NCBI GenBank assembly: GCA_947259955.1 | Contig: CAMYOI010000004.1 | Span: 1 to 52,559, forward strand | DNA length: 52,559 bases | From: an uncultured Gammaproteobacteria bacterium | GTDB lineage: Bacteria > Pseudomonadota > Gammaproteobacteria > Arenicellales > JAANXG01 | Direction: 5' to 3' | Shown: positions 1 to 11,469 of the stretch, piece after piece | Layout: each line of letters opens with the position of its first letter | Position numbering within the stretch: the stretch's first letter is position 1 | Made by a program: the position numbers and the translations under genes | The notes under the pieces: model-generated | What the model saw: the letters and a program-made list of their open reading frames with translations, nothing else | Database searches by the model: none | Told to the model about the DNA's origin: nothing

Positions 1-128
1 CGGTTCGCTGCGTAATCTGTATCAGAACCGGCGAATGGCCGCCGCGCCTGCACGACGTCCAGGAAACCGAAACCATGCTCATGCACGAGCAGGAAGACCT
101 GTCGAACTCGGAGCAGTATCGTGACTGA
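1..128 (+). CDS. dctQ: TRAP transporter small permease (DctQ-like), 3' fragment
   Basis: Frame 3 reads VRCVICIRTGEWPPRLHDVQETE...YRD*, resembling DctQ C-termini. Stop at 126-128 overlaps the dctM start. Confidence 0.7.
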   Translation, partial: VRCVICIRTGEWPPRLHDVQETETMLMHEQEDLSNSEQYRD

Positions 129-1479
129 CCCGCAAATCGCCATCATGATGCTCGGCCTGTTCATTTTTATGGTCATGCTGGGCTTCCCTATAGCGTTCAC
201 GCTGATCGCGATGGGTCTCGCATTCGGCTACTACGCGTATTACGACCCGCTGCGGATGCAGACGATATTCGACAACAGGATTTTCGACCTGTTCGTCCAG
301 AACACGTTCTCGGTCATGTCCAACGACGTGCTGGTGGCGGTGCCGCTGTTTCTATTCATGGGATACGTAGTAGAGCGGGCCAACATCGTCAACCGATTGT
401 TCTTCAGTATTCAACTGGCGGCCCGCAATCTGCCGGGCTCCATGGCCGTGGCCGCGCTGGTCACCTGTTCGGTGTTCGCAACGGCAACCGGCATTATCGG
501 CGCGGTAGTGACCCTAATGGGGATGCTGGCGTTGCCCGCCATGCTCAAAGCGGGCTACGATCACAGGTTCGCCACCGGGGTGATCTGCGCCGGTGGCTGC
601 CTGGGCATCCTGATCCCCCCGTCCATCATGCTCATCGTCTACTCGGCGATCGCCGAGATATCGCCGCTTCGGCTGTATGCCGCGGCAATGTTCCCGGGCC
701 TGCTGCTGGCGGGGCTGTATATGGTGTATGTGGTCGGGCGCGCAGCATTCAATCCAAGCCTTGCACCAAAACCCCGGGAGGAAGACGTGCCGGCGTTGGG
801 CCGGATACTGTGGGAACTGCTGACCTCGTTCATCCCGCTGGCGGTGTTGATTCTGAGCGTGCTCGGCGCGATCCTGATGGGACTCGCAACCCCCGCTGAA
901 GCAGCGGGCGTCGGCGCATTCGGCGGTCTGGTGCTGGCTTCGCTGTACCGGTCCCTAACCTGGGTACGTTTGAAGGAGGCGGTGTTTCTCACCGCCAAGA
1001 CCTCCGCCATGGTGTGCTGGCTATTCGTCGGATCGTGGACCTTTGCCTCGGTGTTTTCCTACCTCGGCGGCCATGACCTGGTCAAGGAATGGGTGCTGGC
1101 GATGGATATCGGCACGGTCGGATTCCTGATTCTGGCCCAGGCCATCATCTTTTTCCTCGGATGGCCGTTGGAATGGACCGAAATCATCATCATCTTCGTG
1201 CCGATTTTTCTACCCATGCTGGAGACCTTCAACGTGAACCCCCTGTTCTTCGGGATACTGGTCGCGCTGAACCTGCAGACTTCATTTCTGACTCCGCCGA
1301 TGGCCATGGCCGCGTACTATCTGAAGGGAGTGGCACCGCCCTACATTCAGTTGATGGAAATATTTCGCGGGATCATGCCTTATCTGTTGATCGTCATATT
1401 TTCCATGGTCCTGTTGTACAACTTTCCGCAGATTGCGCTGTGGTTGCCGGATTATCTGTTCGGTAAAGTGCCTTCCTGA
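121..1479 (+). CDS. dctM: TRAP transporter large permease DctM
   Basis: 452 aa, highly hydrophobic; motifs AVPLFLFMG, GILIPPSI, TPAEAA, SFLTPP. Confidence 0.93.
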   Translation: MTDPQIAIMMLGLFIFMVMLGFPIAFTLIAMGLAFGYYAYYDPLRMQTIFDNRIFDLFVQNTFSVMSNDVLVAVPLFLFMGYVVERANIVNRLFFSIQLAARNLPGSMAVAALVTCSVFATATGIIGAVVTLMGMLALPAMLKAGYDHRFATGVICAGGCLGILIPPSIMLIVYSAIAEISPLRLYAAAMFPGLLLAGLYMVYVVGRAAFNPSLAPKPREEDVPALGRILWELLTSFIPLAVLILSVLGAILMGLATPAEAAGVGAFGGLVLASLYRSLTWVRLKEAVFLTAKTSAMVCWLFVGSWTFASVFSYLGGHDLVKEWVLAMDIGTVGFLILAQAIIFFLGWPLEWTEIIIIFVPIFLPMLETFNVNPLFFGILVALNLQTSFLTPPMAMAAYYLKGVAPPYIQLMEIFRGIMPYLLIVIFSMVLLYNFPQIALWLPDYLFGKVPS

Positions 1480-1494
1480 CCGGGGAATTTTGAA

Positions 1495-2823
1495 TTGGCC
1501 GTCGATAGCGTCCACCTCGGCGCGCGTGACGCCGCGGAGGCAATACGTTCGGGCAAGGTGTCCTCACAGGAACTGATCCAGGCTTGTCTCGACAGAATCG
1601 ACCAGTTCGACAAGGAGATCGGCGCCTGGGTGCATTTAGACGCCGAATTCGCGCTTGAACAAGCCCGGCAAGCCGACGAATCGCGACGGCGAGGCCGCGC
1701 GACCGGGCCCCTGCACGGCGTTCCCGTGGGTATCAAGGACATCATCGACACCTTTGATCTGCCCACCGAGCGCGGCACCGTGCTGTGCGCCGGCAGAACG
1801 CCGCCAAAAGACGCGGCGCTGGTGGCGACTCTGCGCGAGGCGGGCGCCATCATACTCGGCAAGACGGTAACCACTGAACTCGCGGTATACACCCCCGGAA
1901 AGACCCGCAATCCGCACAACCTCGAGCGTACGCCCGGCGGCTCATCGAGCGGATCCGCGGCCGCTGTGGCGGCATTCATGACCCCCCTTGGCGTCGGCAC
2001 CCAGACCAATGGTTCGGTAATCCGGCCCGCGTCGTTTTGCGGCGTATACGGATTCAAGCCGAGCTTCGGCAGAATCTCCCGCCGCGGCGTTCTGGCCCAG
2101 TCGCGCCCATTGGACACCGTGGGTGTGTTCGCACGCAACCTGGACGACCTGGCCCTGATCTCAGATGTGCTGATGGTTTACGATCAGGACGACCCGGACA
2201 TGCTCCCCCGGGCCCGGCCGGCGATTTCACGCACGCTGGTTGAACCGCCCCCCGTGGAGCCGCGGCTGGCTTTCGTGCGCACACCTGCTTGGGATCGGGC
2301 CGAGCAGGCGACCAAGGACGCCTTCAGGGAGCTGATAGAACATGCCGGTGGCCGAGTCGAGGTGGTGGATCTGCCGCCGGTATTCAACAGAGCGCTGGAC
2401 GACCACAAGATCATCATGGAAGCCGATCTGGCAAGGAATTATTCAAGCCTGTACCGCAGAGGCGTCGAAAAAATGAGCACGAAGCTGCGGGACATGATCG
2501 AGCAGGGCCAGCGCGTGTTGGCGACGGATTACAATGAAGCCGTGGATCGAATTCGGGAATACAATACGGTACTGGATGAGTATTTCGTCGACTATGATGC
2601 GTTACTCACCCCGTCTACGCCTGGCGAAGCTCCAGACATATCCTTCACCGGAGACCCGGCATTTTGCACGATCTGGACGCTGTGCGGCACGCCTGCACTC
2701 AATCTGCCCGTTCTCCAGGGTCCTGCTGAAATGCCCCTGGGTGCACAGCTGGTCGGCGCCACCGGTGATGACGCCAGGCTTTTCAGAACGGCCCGGTGGC
2801 TGGTAGAGCGCCTGGACCAGTGA
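1495..2823 (+). CDS. Amidase signature family enzyme
   Basis: GPLHGVPVGIKD, TPGGSSSGSAAAVAA and GTQTNGSVIRPAS give the Lys/cis-Ser/Ser triad. TTG start. Confidence 0.92.
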   Translation: MAVDSVHLGARDAAEAIRSGKVSSQELIQACLDRIDQFDKEIGAWVHLDAEFALEQARQADESRRRGRATGPLHGVPVGIKDIIDTFDLPTERGTVLCAGRTPPKDAALVATLREAGAIILGKTVTTELAVYTPGKTRNPHNLERTPGGSSSGSAAAVAAFMTPLGVGTQTNGSVIRPASFCGVYGFKPSFGRISRRGVLAQSRPLDTVGVFARNLDDLALISDVLMVYDQDDPDMLPRARPAISRTLVEPPPVEPRLAFVRTPAWDRAEQATKDAFRELIEHAGGRVEVVDLPPVFNRALDDHKIIMEADLARNYSSLYRRGVEKMSTKLRDMIEQGQRVLATDYNEAVDRIREYNTVLDEYFVDYDALLTPSTPGEAPDISFTGDPAFCTIWTLCGTPALNLPVLQGPAEMPLGAQLVGATGDDARLFRTARWLVERLDQ

Positions 2824-2877
2824 ACGCTCGATCCCTGTTCGGTGGCGAATTCACATCAACAATGAGGCGAAATTAAA

Positions 2878-3066
2878 ATGGACAATATGATTACCGGTGT
2901 TCTATCGGCTGCGCTGTTTATCGCTTTCGTAGGGGGGCTGGCGGAATCCATAAGTGCCATACCGTTTATGATCATCGTTGCGATTGTGTCGGGCATGCTG
3001 CTGGTCGACCTGGTGCAGTCGATAAAACAAGGATTTTCCGACAACGACCAGCAACGCGACGATTGA
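2878..3066 (+). CDS. Small two-TM membrane protein, hypothetical
   Basis: 62 aa, two hydrophobic stretches; GAGG precedes the ATG. Confidence 0.65.
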   Translation: MDNMITGVLSAALFIAFVGGLAESISAIPFMIIVAIVSGMLLVDLVQSIKQGFSDNDQQRDD

Positions 3067-3075
3067 ACTCCTGAA

Positions 3076-3333
3076 TTGAGCTGGTATAAATTCCTTCTCG
3101 ACCCGCCGTTCAGGTTAATCGGTTTTTTCTACCGGGCCTATCACGCGAACCGCGACCGTTTGGCCGGGTTCGCATCGAGACAATGGGTCTCGTCGGGGCT
3201 CAGGAAAGTGACCGTGCTGACGTTGTTTTTATGGATTGTAATCTGGCTGCTCGCGTCCGACGAGAGCCGTGATCGATTGACCAACGCGGTCAAAGAAAAC
3301 ATCGGCGCGCTCGGAAGCGCATTCACCGATTAA
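3076..3333 (+). CDS. Small membrane protein, hypothetical
   Basis: 85 aa with one hydrophobic segment (VTVLTLFLWIVIWLLA); TTG start; fills the gap before convergent fba. Confidence 0.5.
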   Translation: MSWYKFLLDPPFRLIGFFYRAYHANRDRLAGFASRQWVSSGLRKVTVLTLFLWIVIWLLASDESRDRLTNAVKENIGALGSAFTD

Positions 3334-3366
3334 TTCGGCCGGCGCGGCCGGATCTGCCTCGAAGGT

Positions 3367-4431
3367 CTAATTTACGCGCGGGTCGAGATCACCGGAAGAA
3401 TAACGCGGCGTCATATTTTCCAGGCTGACCGGTCTGATTTTCGAGGCGTTGCCCGCGGTATCGAAAGCCTCGTATCGACTCCTGCAAATTTCACGCATCG
3501 CCGCCTGCGCGGCGCCCAGATATTTCCTCGGATCGAACTCGGCGGGGTGATCGTTGAAATATTTCCTGATCGAGCCCGTCGAGGCCATCCGAAGGTCCGT
3601 ATCGATGTTGACTTTTCGCACACCGTGTCTGATTCCTTCACGGATCTCCTCGACCGGCACGCCATAGGTTTCACCCATCGCACCGCCGTAGGTATTGATG
3701 ATTTCGAGCCAGTCCTGCGGCACGGAACTCGAGCCGTGCATCACCAGATGGGTGTCGGGTATGCGGGCGTGGATTTCCTTGATGCGATCGATGGCCAGTA
3801 TATCGCCGGTGGGCGGTCTGGTGAACTTGTATGCGCCGTGGCTGGTACCTATGGCAATGGCGAGAGCGTCAACGTGGGTATCCTTGACGAACTGCGCCGC
3901 CTCCTCGGGGTCGGTCAGCAGTTGATCGTGCGTGAGTTTGCCTTCGGCGCCTGAACCATCCTCCTCCCCGGCCTCGCCGGTTTCGAGAGATCCGAGGCAG
4001 CCGAGTTCGCCCTCCACCGATACGCCGCAGGCATGCGCCATGTCGACCACGTGCCGTGTAACACTCGAGTTGTACCCATAGTCCATCGGTGTCTTCATAT
4101 CTTCACCCAGGGAACCGTCCATCATGACCGACGAAAATCCAAGCTGGATCGACCGCTGGCATACCGCCGGTGATCCGCCGTGATCCTGGTGCATGACCAC
4201 TGGGATATGGGGCCATTCCTCTATCGCCGACAGGATGAGATGCCTCAGAAAAGGTGCACCGGCGTATTTGCGAGCCCCAGCCGATGCCTGCACGATTACC
4301 GGGCTATCGGTCTCGTCCGCGGCCTCCATGATGGCACGCATTTGCTCCAGATTGTTGACGTTGAATGCCGGGCATCCGTAGTCGTTTTCAGCTGCGTGGT
4401 CAAGCAGTTGTCTCAGTGAAATCAAAGCCAT
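3367..4431 (-). CDS. fba: Fructose-bisphosphate aldolase class II (CbbA/type B)
   Basis: [42 protein letters not shown]. Confidence 0.96.
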   Translation of the reverse strand: MALISLRQLLDHAAENDYGCPAFNVNNLEQMRAIMEAADETDSPVIVQASAGARKYAGAPFLRHLILSAIEEWPHIPVVMHQDHGGSPAVCQRSIQLGFSSVMMDGSLGEDMKTPMDYGYNSSVTRHVVDMAHACGVSVEGELGCLGSLETGEAGEEDGSGAEGKLTHDQLLTDPEEAAQFVKDTHVDALAIAIGTSHGAYKFTRPPTGDILAIDRIKEIHARIPDTHLVMHGSSSVPQDWLEIINTYGGAMGETYGVPVEEIREGIRHGVRKVNIDTDLRMASTGSIRKYFNDHPAEFDPRKYLGAAQAAMREICRSRYEAFDTAGNASKIRPVSLENMTPRYSSGDLDPRVN

Positions 4432-4487
4432 AGTAGTCTCCCAAACAAAAAATTAATGCCGCTACGGGGTCGTTGCCCAGCGTGCGC

Positions 4488-5912
4488 TCATGCTACCAGT
4501 ATCTTCATCGAATTAGTGCCTCCTATGACCCCGGTGAGTTCGCCCTGGGTAACGATTACCGAATCGCCTTCGTTGACCACACCCAGGCGCAGAAGCTCTC
4601 GCAACACGTCACCCTGGGCCTGGTCGCCGCGCTGGCCATCCTTGATATCGAAATAGATCGGATAAACGCCGCGATACAAGGTCACCCGGCGCAGCGTGGC
4701 AATCTGCCTGGACATAGCGAATATGGGCAGACCGCTGCTGATGCGGGACATCCATTTTGCCGTTTTTCCCGATTCGGTCATGGTGACGATGGCGCGCACG
4801 TCGAAATGGTTCGCCGCATACATCGCCGCCATGGCCACCGCTTCTTCTATGCTCTCGAACTTTGCGTCGAGCCGAAGGCTGGAGATCATTGTCACACGCT
4901 GGCGTTCGGCACCGACGCAGATGCTGGCCATCCTTTCCACCACGGTGACGGGGTACTTTCCAATCGCGGTTTCCGCCGACAGCATGACGGCATCCGTCCC
5001 GTCCATGACCGCGTTGGCTACATCGAGCACCTCCGCCCGCGTGGGCTGGGGATTCTCGATCATGGACTGCATCATGTGCGTTGCCGTGATGACGATACAG
5101 TTGCCGTTACGCGCGCGCCGGATGATTTTTTTTTGAACACCGGGTAGTTCGGCATTGCCGATTTCCACGCCGAGATCACCGCGGGCGACCATGACCGCAT
5201 CCGACGCATCCAGGATTTCGTCGATATGATCCATCGCATCGGCGCGCTCGATCTTTGCCACGATGTGTGCCCGCCCCCCCGCCGCTTCCAGCAGCCACCT
5301 GGCCTGCCTGACATCCTGGGCGGTGCGTACGAAGGACACGGCCAGATAGTCGGCTTCGAGACGGGCCGCGAGCTTTATGTCCTCCAGATCCTTTCTGGTC
5401 AACGCCCCGGCAGTGAGCCCTCCGCCCTGCATGTTCAATCCCTTGCTATCGGACAACACGCCGCCGTTGTGCACGCGGCAGTGGATTTCGTTCTTTTCCA
5501 GTTTTTCAACCACCATGGAGACGTTGCCGTCGTCGAGAAGCAGCACGTCACCGGGTTCTACGTCGTTCATCAGGTCCTTGTAAGTCACTCCCACGCGATG
5601 TTTGTTGCCGTCTTTCTCACCCAGGCTGATATCCAGAATAAAGGGCTGATCATTCTCGAGCTCGACATAGCCGTGCCTGAATCCCTCTATGCGGATCTTG
5701 GGCCCCTGCAAATCCACCATGATTGCAACGTGGCGGTCCTGTCGCTTCGAGCGTTCTCGGATGACGTTGACGCGCCGCTGATGAGTCTCGAAATCCCCGT
5801 GAGAAAAGTTGACGCGAGCGACGTCCATGCCGCTCCGGATGAGTTCATCCATGGTATCGATATCGTCGGTTGCCGGCCCCACCGTTGCGACAATCTTGGT
5901 ACGGCGGAGCAC
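4488..5912 (-). CDS. pyk: Pyruvate kinase
   Basis: RRTKIVATVGPA, DLQGPKIR, VARGDLGVE, PTRAEV, MLSAETA. Start moved to the GTG at 5912. Confidence 0.95.
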   Translation of the reverse strand: MLRRTKIVATVGPATDDIDTMDELIRSGMDVARVNFSHGDFETHQRRVNVIRERSKRQDRHVAIMVDLQGPKIRIEGFRHGYVELENDQPFILDISLGEKDGNKHRVGVTYKDLMNDVEPGDVLLLDDGNVSMVVEKLEKNEIHCRVHNGGVLSDSKGLNMQGGGLTAGALTRKDLEDIKLAARLEADYLAVSFVRTAQDVRQARWLLEAAGGRAHIVAKIERADAMDHIDEILDASDAVMVARGDLGVEIGNAELPGVQKKIIRRARNGNCIVITATHMMQSMIENPQPTRAEVLDVANAVMDGTDAVMLSAETAIGKYPVTVVERMASICVGAERQRVTMISSLRLDAKFESIEEAVAMAAMYAANHFDVRAIVTMTESGKTAKWMSRISSGLPIFAMSRQIATLRRVTLYRGVYPIYFDIKDGQRGDQAQGDVLRELLRLGVVNEGDSVIVTQGELTGVIGGTNSMKILVA

Positions 5913-5995
5913 TACCGTTCCCCGGCCTGCCCGCAGCCGGTCGCCGCACTCCACGAGCCGATCGGCACGGTCACGCGCGCTGGTTCAAGAGGGAT

Positions 5996-7168
5996 TTAAT
6001 CAACGTCTCTTTGCTCCAGCATATCGACGGCCGGAAGCGTCTTACCTTCCAGAAACTCGAGGAAAGCACCTCCACCGGTCGAGATATACGATATGCCGTC
6101 CCTCACGCCGTACTTGTCTACGGCGGCCAGGGTATCCCCCCCGCCGGCAATAGAGAACGCGCCGCTTTCCGAAATAGCATGGGAAATCGTCTCTGTACCC
6201 TGACCAAACTCGTCGAACTCGAACACACCCACCGGACCGTTCCACACGATAGTACCCGCACTCCTCATCAAGTCGGCGATTTGCCGGGCACTGGCCGGTC
6301 CGATATCCAGGATCATTTCGTCATCTCCTACCCGGTCCACCGGTTTCAGCGTGCCGCGAGCGGATTCCGAAAACTCAGTAGCGACCATAACGTCGGACGG
6401 GATGGGTATTTCACCGCCCTTTTGCCGCACCGTGTCCATCAGTTCCTTGGCCTGGCCAACGAGGTTTTCCTCGTACAGGGATTTACCCACGCTATGGCCG
6501 GCGGCGGCGATAAATGTATTTGCAATCCCGCCACCGGGTATCAGCTGATCAACCACGCCGGAGAGCGTATTCAGGACGCTGAGTTTGGTGGAGACCTTGG
6601 AGCCGCCGACGAGCGCCACCATGGGCCGCGCGGGGTCTTTGAGCGCACGGGTCAGCGCAACCAGTTCATCCGCGAGCAGGGGCCCCGCACACGCCACCGG
6701 CGCAAATTTGGCGACGCCGTGCGTGCTGGCCTGGGCGCGATGCGCGGTGCCAAAGGCGTCCATGACGAACACGTCGCAAAGGCCGGCATAGCGTCGCGCC
6801 AGTTCCTCGTCGTTGGCCTTTTCCCCGGCGTTGAACCGGACGTTTTCGAGCAATACGACTTGGCCGTCACGGATATCGCCAATATTCGCATAGTCCCTGA
6901 CCTTACCGACCTCGCTGTTCAGCAGAGCGGACATATGTTCGGCAACCGGCTTGAGCGAGAACTTCTCATCGAACTCACCTTCCGCGGGCCTGCCGAGGTG
7001 CGACATCAGGATTACTTTGGCACCGGCATTCCTGGCGAACTCAACCGTTGGCAGCGACGCACGGATTCTTGCATCGCTGGTCACCTTGCCATCCTTTACC
7101 GGCACATTGAGATCCTGCCGGATCAGTACGTACTTCCCGGCCAGATCGAGATCGATCATTTTTTTCAT
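5996..7168 (-). CDS. pgk: Phosphoglycerate kinase
   Basis: [40 protein letters not shown]. Confidence 0.97.
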   Translation of the reverse strand: MKKMIDLDLAGKYVLIRQDLNVPVKDGKVTSDARIRASLPTVEFARNAGAKVILMSHLGRPAEGEFDEKFSLKPVAEHMSALLNSEVGKVRDYANIGDIRDGQVVLLENVRFNAGEKANDEELARRYAGLCDVFVMDAFGTAHRAQASTHGVAKFAPVACAGPLLADELVALTRALKDPARPMVALVGGSKVSTKLSVLNTLSGVVDQLIPGGGIANTFIAAAGHSVGKSLYEENLVGQAKELMDTVRQKGGEIPIPSDVMVATEFSESARGTLKPVDRVGDDEMILDIGPASARQIADLMRSAGTIVWNGPVGVFEFDEFGQGTETISHAISESGAFSIAGGGDTLAAVDKYGVRDGISYISTGGGAFLEFLEGKTLPAVDMLEQRDVD

Positions 7169-7204
7169 GGTTACGCCTTCAGAGTCGATTGCGCGAACGA
7201 TTGC

Positions 7205-8215
7205 TTACGCGTTCATCAGCACCTTGCAGGTATCCAGCATCCGGTTCGAAAACCCCCACTCGTTGTCGTACCACGAACAGGCCTTGACGGTGCGATTGTT
7301 GACTACCCGGGTCATGGACTCATCGAAGATCGATGATGCCGGGTTGTGGTTGAAGTCGATGGAAACCAGAGGCTTGTCGTTGTATTCCAGCACGCCCTTG
7401 AGATCACCTTCGGACGCGCTCTTCATCAACGTATTCACTTCGTCTACGGATGTGTCCCGCGCCGCCTGGAAAGACAGATCCACCAGGGATACGTTGATGG
7501 TCGGTACGCGCACGGAAAAGCCGTCGAGCAGGCCGTTCAGCTCGGGCAGGACCAGGCCAACCGCCGCCGCGGCACCGGTCTTGGTCGGGATCATCGATTG
7601 GGTGGCGGAGCGGGCGCGACGCAGGTCGGTATGATAGACGTCGGTTAAAACCTGGTCGTTGGTATACGCATGAATGGTATTCATGACGCCACCCAGGATC
7701 CCGATTCCATCGTTTAACACCTTGACGAGGGGGGCGAGACAGTTGGTCGTGCACGAGGCATTGGAAATTACCGTATCCGTAGACTTGAGCGTATCGTGAT
7801 TAACGCCGTAGACAATGGTCGCGTCCACGTCCTTGCCCCCGGGCGCGGATAAAATGACCTTCTTCGCCCCGGCCTGGACGTGTACCCCCGCCTTTTCCTT
7901 GCTGTTGAACATCCCCGTGCACTCCATGACGACATCGACACCCAGATCGCTCCAGGGCAGTTTAGAAGGATCACGTTCGGCAAGCACTTTTACCGATTCA
8001 TTGCCGACCCTGAAGCCGTCGTCTTCCACAACGACGTCAAAACGGAATTTTCCGTGAGTCGTATCGTACTGAAGGAGGTGTGCGTTGGTCTTGGCGTCGC
8101 CCAGATCGTTGATCGCAACCACGTCGAAGTCATCGGACTGGCCGGATTCGAACATGGCGCGGAACACGTTGCGACCAATCCGACCAAAACCATTTATTGC
8201 GACCTTGATTGTCAT
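7205..8215 (-). CDS. gap: Type I glyceraldehyde-3-phosphate dehydrogenase
   Basis: [28 protein letters not shown]. Confidence 0.97.
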   Translation of the reverse strand: MTIKVAINGFGRIGRNVFRAMFESGQSDDFDVVAINDLGDAKTNAHLLQYDTTHGKFRFDVVVEDDGFRVGNESVKVLAERDPSKLPWSDLGVDVVMECTGMFNSKEKAGVHVQAGAKKVILSAPGGKDVDATIVYGVNHDTLKSTDTVISNASCTTNCLAPLVKVLNDGIGILGGVMNTIHAYTNDQVLTDVYHTDLRRARSATQSMIPTKTGAAAAVGLVLPELNGLLDGFSVRVPTINVSLVDLSFQAARDTSVDEVNTLMKSASEGDLKGVLEYNDKPLVSIDFNHNPASSIFDESMTRVVNNRTVKACSWYDNEWGFSNRMLDTCKVLMNA

Positions 8216-8467
8216 AACTAATATCTCCTATTGCTTGTGAAGTTCTTGAAAACAGTTTAACTAGTGTAGTGAATTCCCTGATCCATTATCGAGGCGAGGG
8301 CGGAGCTTATGCCATACCTGGCGAAGTAAACCAGCGCGTCCCTACCACTTTAGGAGGTGCGCTCCGCGCCGATTTCAACCAGGCCAGGTCGTTCGACCAT
8401 CGACAACCATGGATTTCCTGGAAATTTCCCGTCCCACCTCGAGATAGCGGGTTGTTAATTTAATTTT

Positions 8468-10480
8468 TCAATCCAGCATATCGCGAAGTCGTTCCGTTAC
8501 TTTTTCCGCGGTAAGGCCGAAGTATTCAAAAGCATCCGCGGACGGAGCCGATGCACCGAAAGAATCGATCCCGATCGTGCTTCCGGACAAACCCACGTAC
8601 TTGCGCCAGTAATCGGTTACACCGGCCTCCACTGCCATACGTCGCGTAACGAAAGAGGGCAGGACCTTCTCCCGGTATTCTTCGTCCTGGCTATCGAAAA
8701 CGTCGGTGCTCGGCATCGATACGACCCGCACTCGTCCCGGAAAGTTGGCGGCCGCGCTGGCCGCAATTTCAACCTCGGATCCAGTCGCGATGACTATGAT
8801 ATCGGGCTCGCCGTCGGTGTCCACCAGAATATAACCGCCCCGGGAGATGTTAGCCATCTGATCCGTCGTTCTATTCTGATGGGGCAGGCCCTGCCGTGTC
8901 AGCAGCAGACATGTCGGTCCGTCCCGGCGTTCGATCGCCAGCTTCCATGCAATAGCCGTCTCGACGCCGTCACAGGGCCGCCACACGGACATTCCCGGAA
9001 TCAGTCTCAGGCTTGCGGCGTGCTCCACGGGTTGGTGGGTCGGACCGTCCTCACCGAGCCCAATCGAATCATGGGTATAGACAAAAATGCTCTGTACTTT
9101 CATCAGAGACGCCATGCGGACCGCATTGCGCGCGTAATCCGAGAAAACAAGAAATGTCCCGCCGTAGGGTATGAATCCGCCGTGTAATGCGAGCCCGTTC
9201 ATTATGGCGGACATGGCGAATTCCCTTACGCCATAGTAGATATAGTTCGCGTCGCGGCTTTCAGTAGTCAATGCCGCCGACCCGGACCAGGTGGTGTTGT
9301 TGGAGCCGGTAAGGTCGGCGGACCCGCCGATTAATTCCGGCAACACCGGAGCGTACGCGTTCAAACAGGCCTGCGAAAACACCCGGGTCGCCTTCTTGTC
9401 CCCTGCCTCGGCCGTCTCGCGGATATACCGGGCCGTCGACTCTGCCCAATTCACCGGCAGCCGGCCCTCGACACGTCTGGTCAGTTCGGCGGCAAGATCC
9501 GGGTGGGCAGCCTCGTACGTCTCGAAGCGGCTGCACCAGTCTGCTTCGAGTTCGCCACCCCGCGTGCGTGCATCCCAGGCGGAGTAAATCCGGGCAGGGA
9601 TGGCAAATGGCTCATGCGGCCAGCCGATGTTCTCCCTGACCAGGCCCACCTCATCCTCGCCAAGCGCCGCACCGTGGCAGCCGGCCGTCCCCTGCTTGTT
9701 CGGCGAACCCCACCCAATTATGGTCCGGCAGCAGATCAGACTGGGATGATCCGCGCGCGAACGCGCCTCCACGATGGCGGCACGTACGCTTTCGGGATCG
9801 TGGCCATCTACATCCCGGATCACATGCCAGCCGTAGGCCTCGAATCTAGCAGCGGTGTCATCCGTAAACCATCCCTTGACTTCACCGTCGATGGATATGC
9901 CGTTGTCGTCCCAGAAAGCGATCAGCTTTCCCAGCCCCAGCGTGCCCGCCAGCGAGCACGACTCATGGGAGATGCCCTCCATCAAGCAGCCGTCGCCCAG
10001 AAATACGTAGGTGGTGTGGTCGATGACCCTGTGCTCACCCCTGTTGTACTTGGCAGCCAGCGTTTTTTCCGCTATCGCCATCCCCACCGCGTTAGTAATT
10101 CCCTGTCCGAGGGGACCGGTTGTGGTCTCCACCCCCGGTGCTTCATGATATTCCGGATGCCCGGGGGTTCGGGAATGGAGCTGCCGGAAGTTACGTAGAT
10201 CCTCGATGGTCAGACCATATCCGGACAAGTGCAACAGGGAGTAGAGCAGCATGGACCCGTGGCCGTTCGATATGACAAACCTGTCCCTGTCGGCCCAGTC
10301 GGGATTCGCGGGATTGTGCCTGAGAAAATCGCGCCACAATACTTCCGCGATGTCAGCCATTCCCATGGGCATGCCCGGGTGACCCGAGTTGGCTCGCTGG
10401 ACCGCGTCCATACTCAATGCACGTATGGCATTGGCCAGCTCACGCCGTGTCGCGGAGAGTTCTTGGATGTCATCGTTCAT
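8468..10480 (-). CDS. tkt: Transketolase
   Basis: [17 protein letters not shown] (ThDP motif), [16 protein letters not shown]. Confidence 0.97.
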   Translation of the reverse strand: MNDDIQELSATRRELANAIRALSMDAVQRANSGHPGMPMGMADIAEVLWRDFLRHNPANPDWADRDRFVISNGHGSMLLYSLLHLSGYGLTIEDLRNFRQLHSRTPGHPEYHEAPGVETTTGPLGQGITNAVGMAIAEKTLAAKYNRGEHRVIDHTTYVFLGDGCLMEGISHESCSLAGTLGLGKLIAFWDDNGISIDGEVKGWFTDDTAARFEAYGWHVIRDVDGHDPESVRAAIVEARSRADHPSLICCRTIIGWGSPNKQGTAGCHGAALGEDEVGLVRENIGWPHEPFAIPARIYSAWDARTRGGELEADWCSRFETYEAAHPDLAAELTRRVEGRLPVNWAESTARYIRETAEAGDKKATRVFSQACLNAYAPVLPELIGGSADLTGSNNTTWSGSAALTTESRDANYIYYGVREFAMSAIMNGLALHGGFIPYGGTFLVFSDYARNAVRMASLMKVQSIFVYTHDSIGLGEDGPTHQPVEHAASLRLIPGMSVWRPCDGVETAIAWKLAIERRDGPTCLLLTRQGLPHQNRTTDQMANISRGGYILVDTDGEPDIIVIATGSEVEIAASAAANFPGRVRVVSMPSTDVFDSQDEEYREKVLPSFVTRRMAVEAGVTDYWRKYVGLSGSTIGIDSFGASAPSADAFEYFGLTAEKVTERLRDMLD

Positions 10481-10511
10481 GGAAAAACTGTCGCTCGCAT
10501 TTTATCCGGTT

Positions 10512-11363
10512 TCAGCTGGTGGAGGGGGCGCCCTTCGCGTTGAGCAATAGGTTGTACAGATCAGCCCGGTCGTGGATCCATGACAACCAGTCATCCAGCA
10601 AAGCCGGATTGCTGGCGGCAACGACGGAAATCTTTCGGCTTTTGAACTGGTCCTTGCCGGGAATCGGCGAGCCGTCCAGCGTTACCGCGCTGCCGCCCGC
10701 TTCACGAAGAATCAGATTTCCCGCCGCATAGTCCCACAGTTTCTGTCCGCCGTGTAGATACAGCTGAAAACGGTTTGCCGCCAGCCAGCACCACTCCAGT
10801 ACGCAGGCACCCAAGTTCCGCTGCGACTTGTAGGGGGGTCTGGCGACCAGATGCTCGGAAAGGGTCCGCGCCAGGCGCTTGAAATCCACGCAGGCGATGC
10901 AATGCAGGCTGCGCGTCGCCTGCCTTGTCTTAAGGGGTCTGCCATTCAGAAACGCCCCGCCGCCCGCGTTGGCCACGAAGCACTCGTCCCTTATCGGGTC
11001 GAATATAATGCCAAGGCTGGCAACGCCCTGTTCCATGAAAGCAAGAGATATTCCGTAGAAAGGCAGACCGGAGGTGAAATTTGTCGTTCCGTCAAGCGGG
11101 TCCAGACACCAGAAGCGCTCCGCCGTGGTGATGACTTCAGATTGCTCGGTATCCGACATTTCCTCTGCCAGGAAAGAAATTTCGGGCCAGCGCGCATGCA
11201 GCAATTCGTACAGTCTGGTCTGGATGTCGAGGTCGTGGTCCGTCACGAGGCTTCCGTCACGCTTAATCTGAATATCCGATTGCAAACCTTCGCCCAGCAC
11301 GGCACGCCCGACGCCGCGAACGATATCCGCGACTTCCGCGCCTGAAGGGTGGGAAAATGACAT
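10512..11363 (-). CDS. Inositol monophosphatase (IMPase/FBPase superfamily) protein
   Basis: AEE, WCLDPLDGTTNF, WDYAAG motifs. Likely start is the ATG at 11363. Confidence 0.88.
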   Translation of the reverse strand: MSFSHPSGAEVADIVRGVGRAVLGEGLQSDIQIKRDGSLVTDHDLDIQTRLYELLHARWPEISFLAEEMSDTEQSEVITTAERFWCLDPLDGTTNFTSGLPFYGISLAFMEQGVASLGIIFDPIRDECFVANAGGGAFLNGRPLKTRQATRSLHCIACVDFKRLARTLSEHLVARPPYKSQRNLGACVLEWCWLAANRFQLYLHGGQKLWDYAAGNLILREAGGSAVTLDGSPIPGKDQFKSRKISVVAASNPALLDDWLSWIHDRADLYNLLLNAKGAPSTS

Positions 11364-11469
11364 TGAAAACCGGTATTTGTGAAAAGGTACTGTGGCGCGG
11401 GATTGTAACAAACTCCCGCCGGCAACTGGATGATGTTAATTTATACCTACATAGAGGACGTCACAACCC

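Noticed and set aside
8216-8467. tkt-gap intergenic region with a 64-aa ORF and a weak hairpin
   Set aside because: The ORF is antisense to the operon with no features, and the structure is not distinctive.
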